Shown here: piece by piece, positions 63,279-64,000 of the stretch
Layout of the letters: each line of letters begins with the position of its first letter
Position numbering within the stretch: the first letter of the stretch is position 1
DNA from: Eledone cirrhosa
Lineage: Eukaryota
Direction: 5' to 3'
DNA: 64,000 nucleotides
Assembly: GCA_964016885.1 (NCBI GenBank)
Contig: OZ024742.1
Location: forward strand, 38,564,001 to 38,628,000
Notes under the pieces: generated by a model
Told to the model about the DNA's origin: nothing
Seen by the model: the letters and a program-made list of their open reading frames with translations, nothing else
The model's database searches: none
Program-made: the position numbers and the translations under genes

Positions 63279-64000
63279 GTAAGTTCCACAAAATTTTGAT
63301 TATTTTTCTGAAGCATGGATACTTGTTAATTTGTCTTCATCGTTATTGAGTGTTCTAGTTGTTTGATCAATGGAGCAACCTGCTTATGAAATTAATATGT
63401 AAGTGGATTGAACCTGGAATTTAGTTATTGCAAAGTAAACTTCTTAACCATCCAGCCACTTTACAGCGTGCACTGAGTGCATTTTAACATGGCACCTGCA
63501 CTACCACCTGATGGCAGATTGGGTGCTTTTTAATGTGACACCAGAACTACTACTGTACAGAGTGGACTGGATGCATTTTATCGTGGCATAAGCAATCCCT
63601 CTCTTATCAAAAGATAACCAACATTGGGAATCTTGTATCTGTCAATATGTAATGCAACATGAAATGGAAAGTAAGATGAAAGTCAAATCTTTGTCTCTGT
63701 TTTAATTCCTCATCCTTGTGAACAACATATATTTTAAGACTATTTTTCCAGCTAAAGCAAAGGTTAGCTTTGTAGGCCAAATGATAGGTTTTATACTTAT
63801 GGTTTTTTTAGGCAGTGCTTTATGACTGGATGGTCTTCTGGATGCCAAACTTTTTAGTTGCCTTTTACAATATGCAAGTGTACACTGTATTTATTCTAAA
63901 TCAGATACACACAGCTAATTCTAGTGGCTTCTCTTCAATTACACTACTAAGATGTGTGAATATCCTTGAAGTTAGGGTGTTAGACTTATAATTAAAATGT

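Overview
AT-rich, intron-dominated eukaryotic DNA. The SINE, RTE-LINE and (GAT)n repeat landscape suggests a coleoid cephalopod, probably an octopus (inference). Two DNA-repair genes are transcribed divergently. XRCC6/Ku70 lies on the minus strand: 16 coding exons reconstructed by hand, 37327 to 513, about 492 codons, continuing off the left edge. DDB1 lies on the plus strand: 8 coding exons, 48991 to 63278, 304 codons, continuing off the right edge. All splice junctions are GT-AG and phase-consistent. Introns and the intergenic interval contain RTE LINEs (some with a PHD-like finger), CR1-type LINEs, a Tx1/L1-like remnant, a mariner remnant, a non-autonomous Helitron, TTAA (piggyBac-type) MITEs and tRNA-derived SINEs. 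The most striking signal is a family of ORF-less fold-back elements of about 315-350 bp in or beside (TA)n tracts (9226-9574, 47641-47964, 48275-48589). Each arm carries a minimal type I hammerhead ribozyme fold (CUGANGA, covarying stem II, GAAA, 8-nt palindromic stem III, 8-bp stem I), so each element has one on each strand. Four of these folds lie within 1.4 kb upstream of the DDB1 ATG. The Ku70-intronic copy has lost its cleavage triplet. A separate hammerhead of another family lies at 23760-23806. The architecture resembles Penelope-like-element pseudo-LTRs or retrozymes, but no Penelope ORF is seen in the window.
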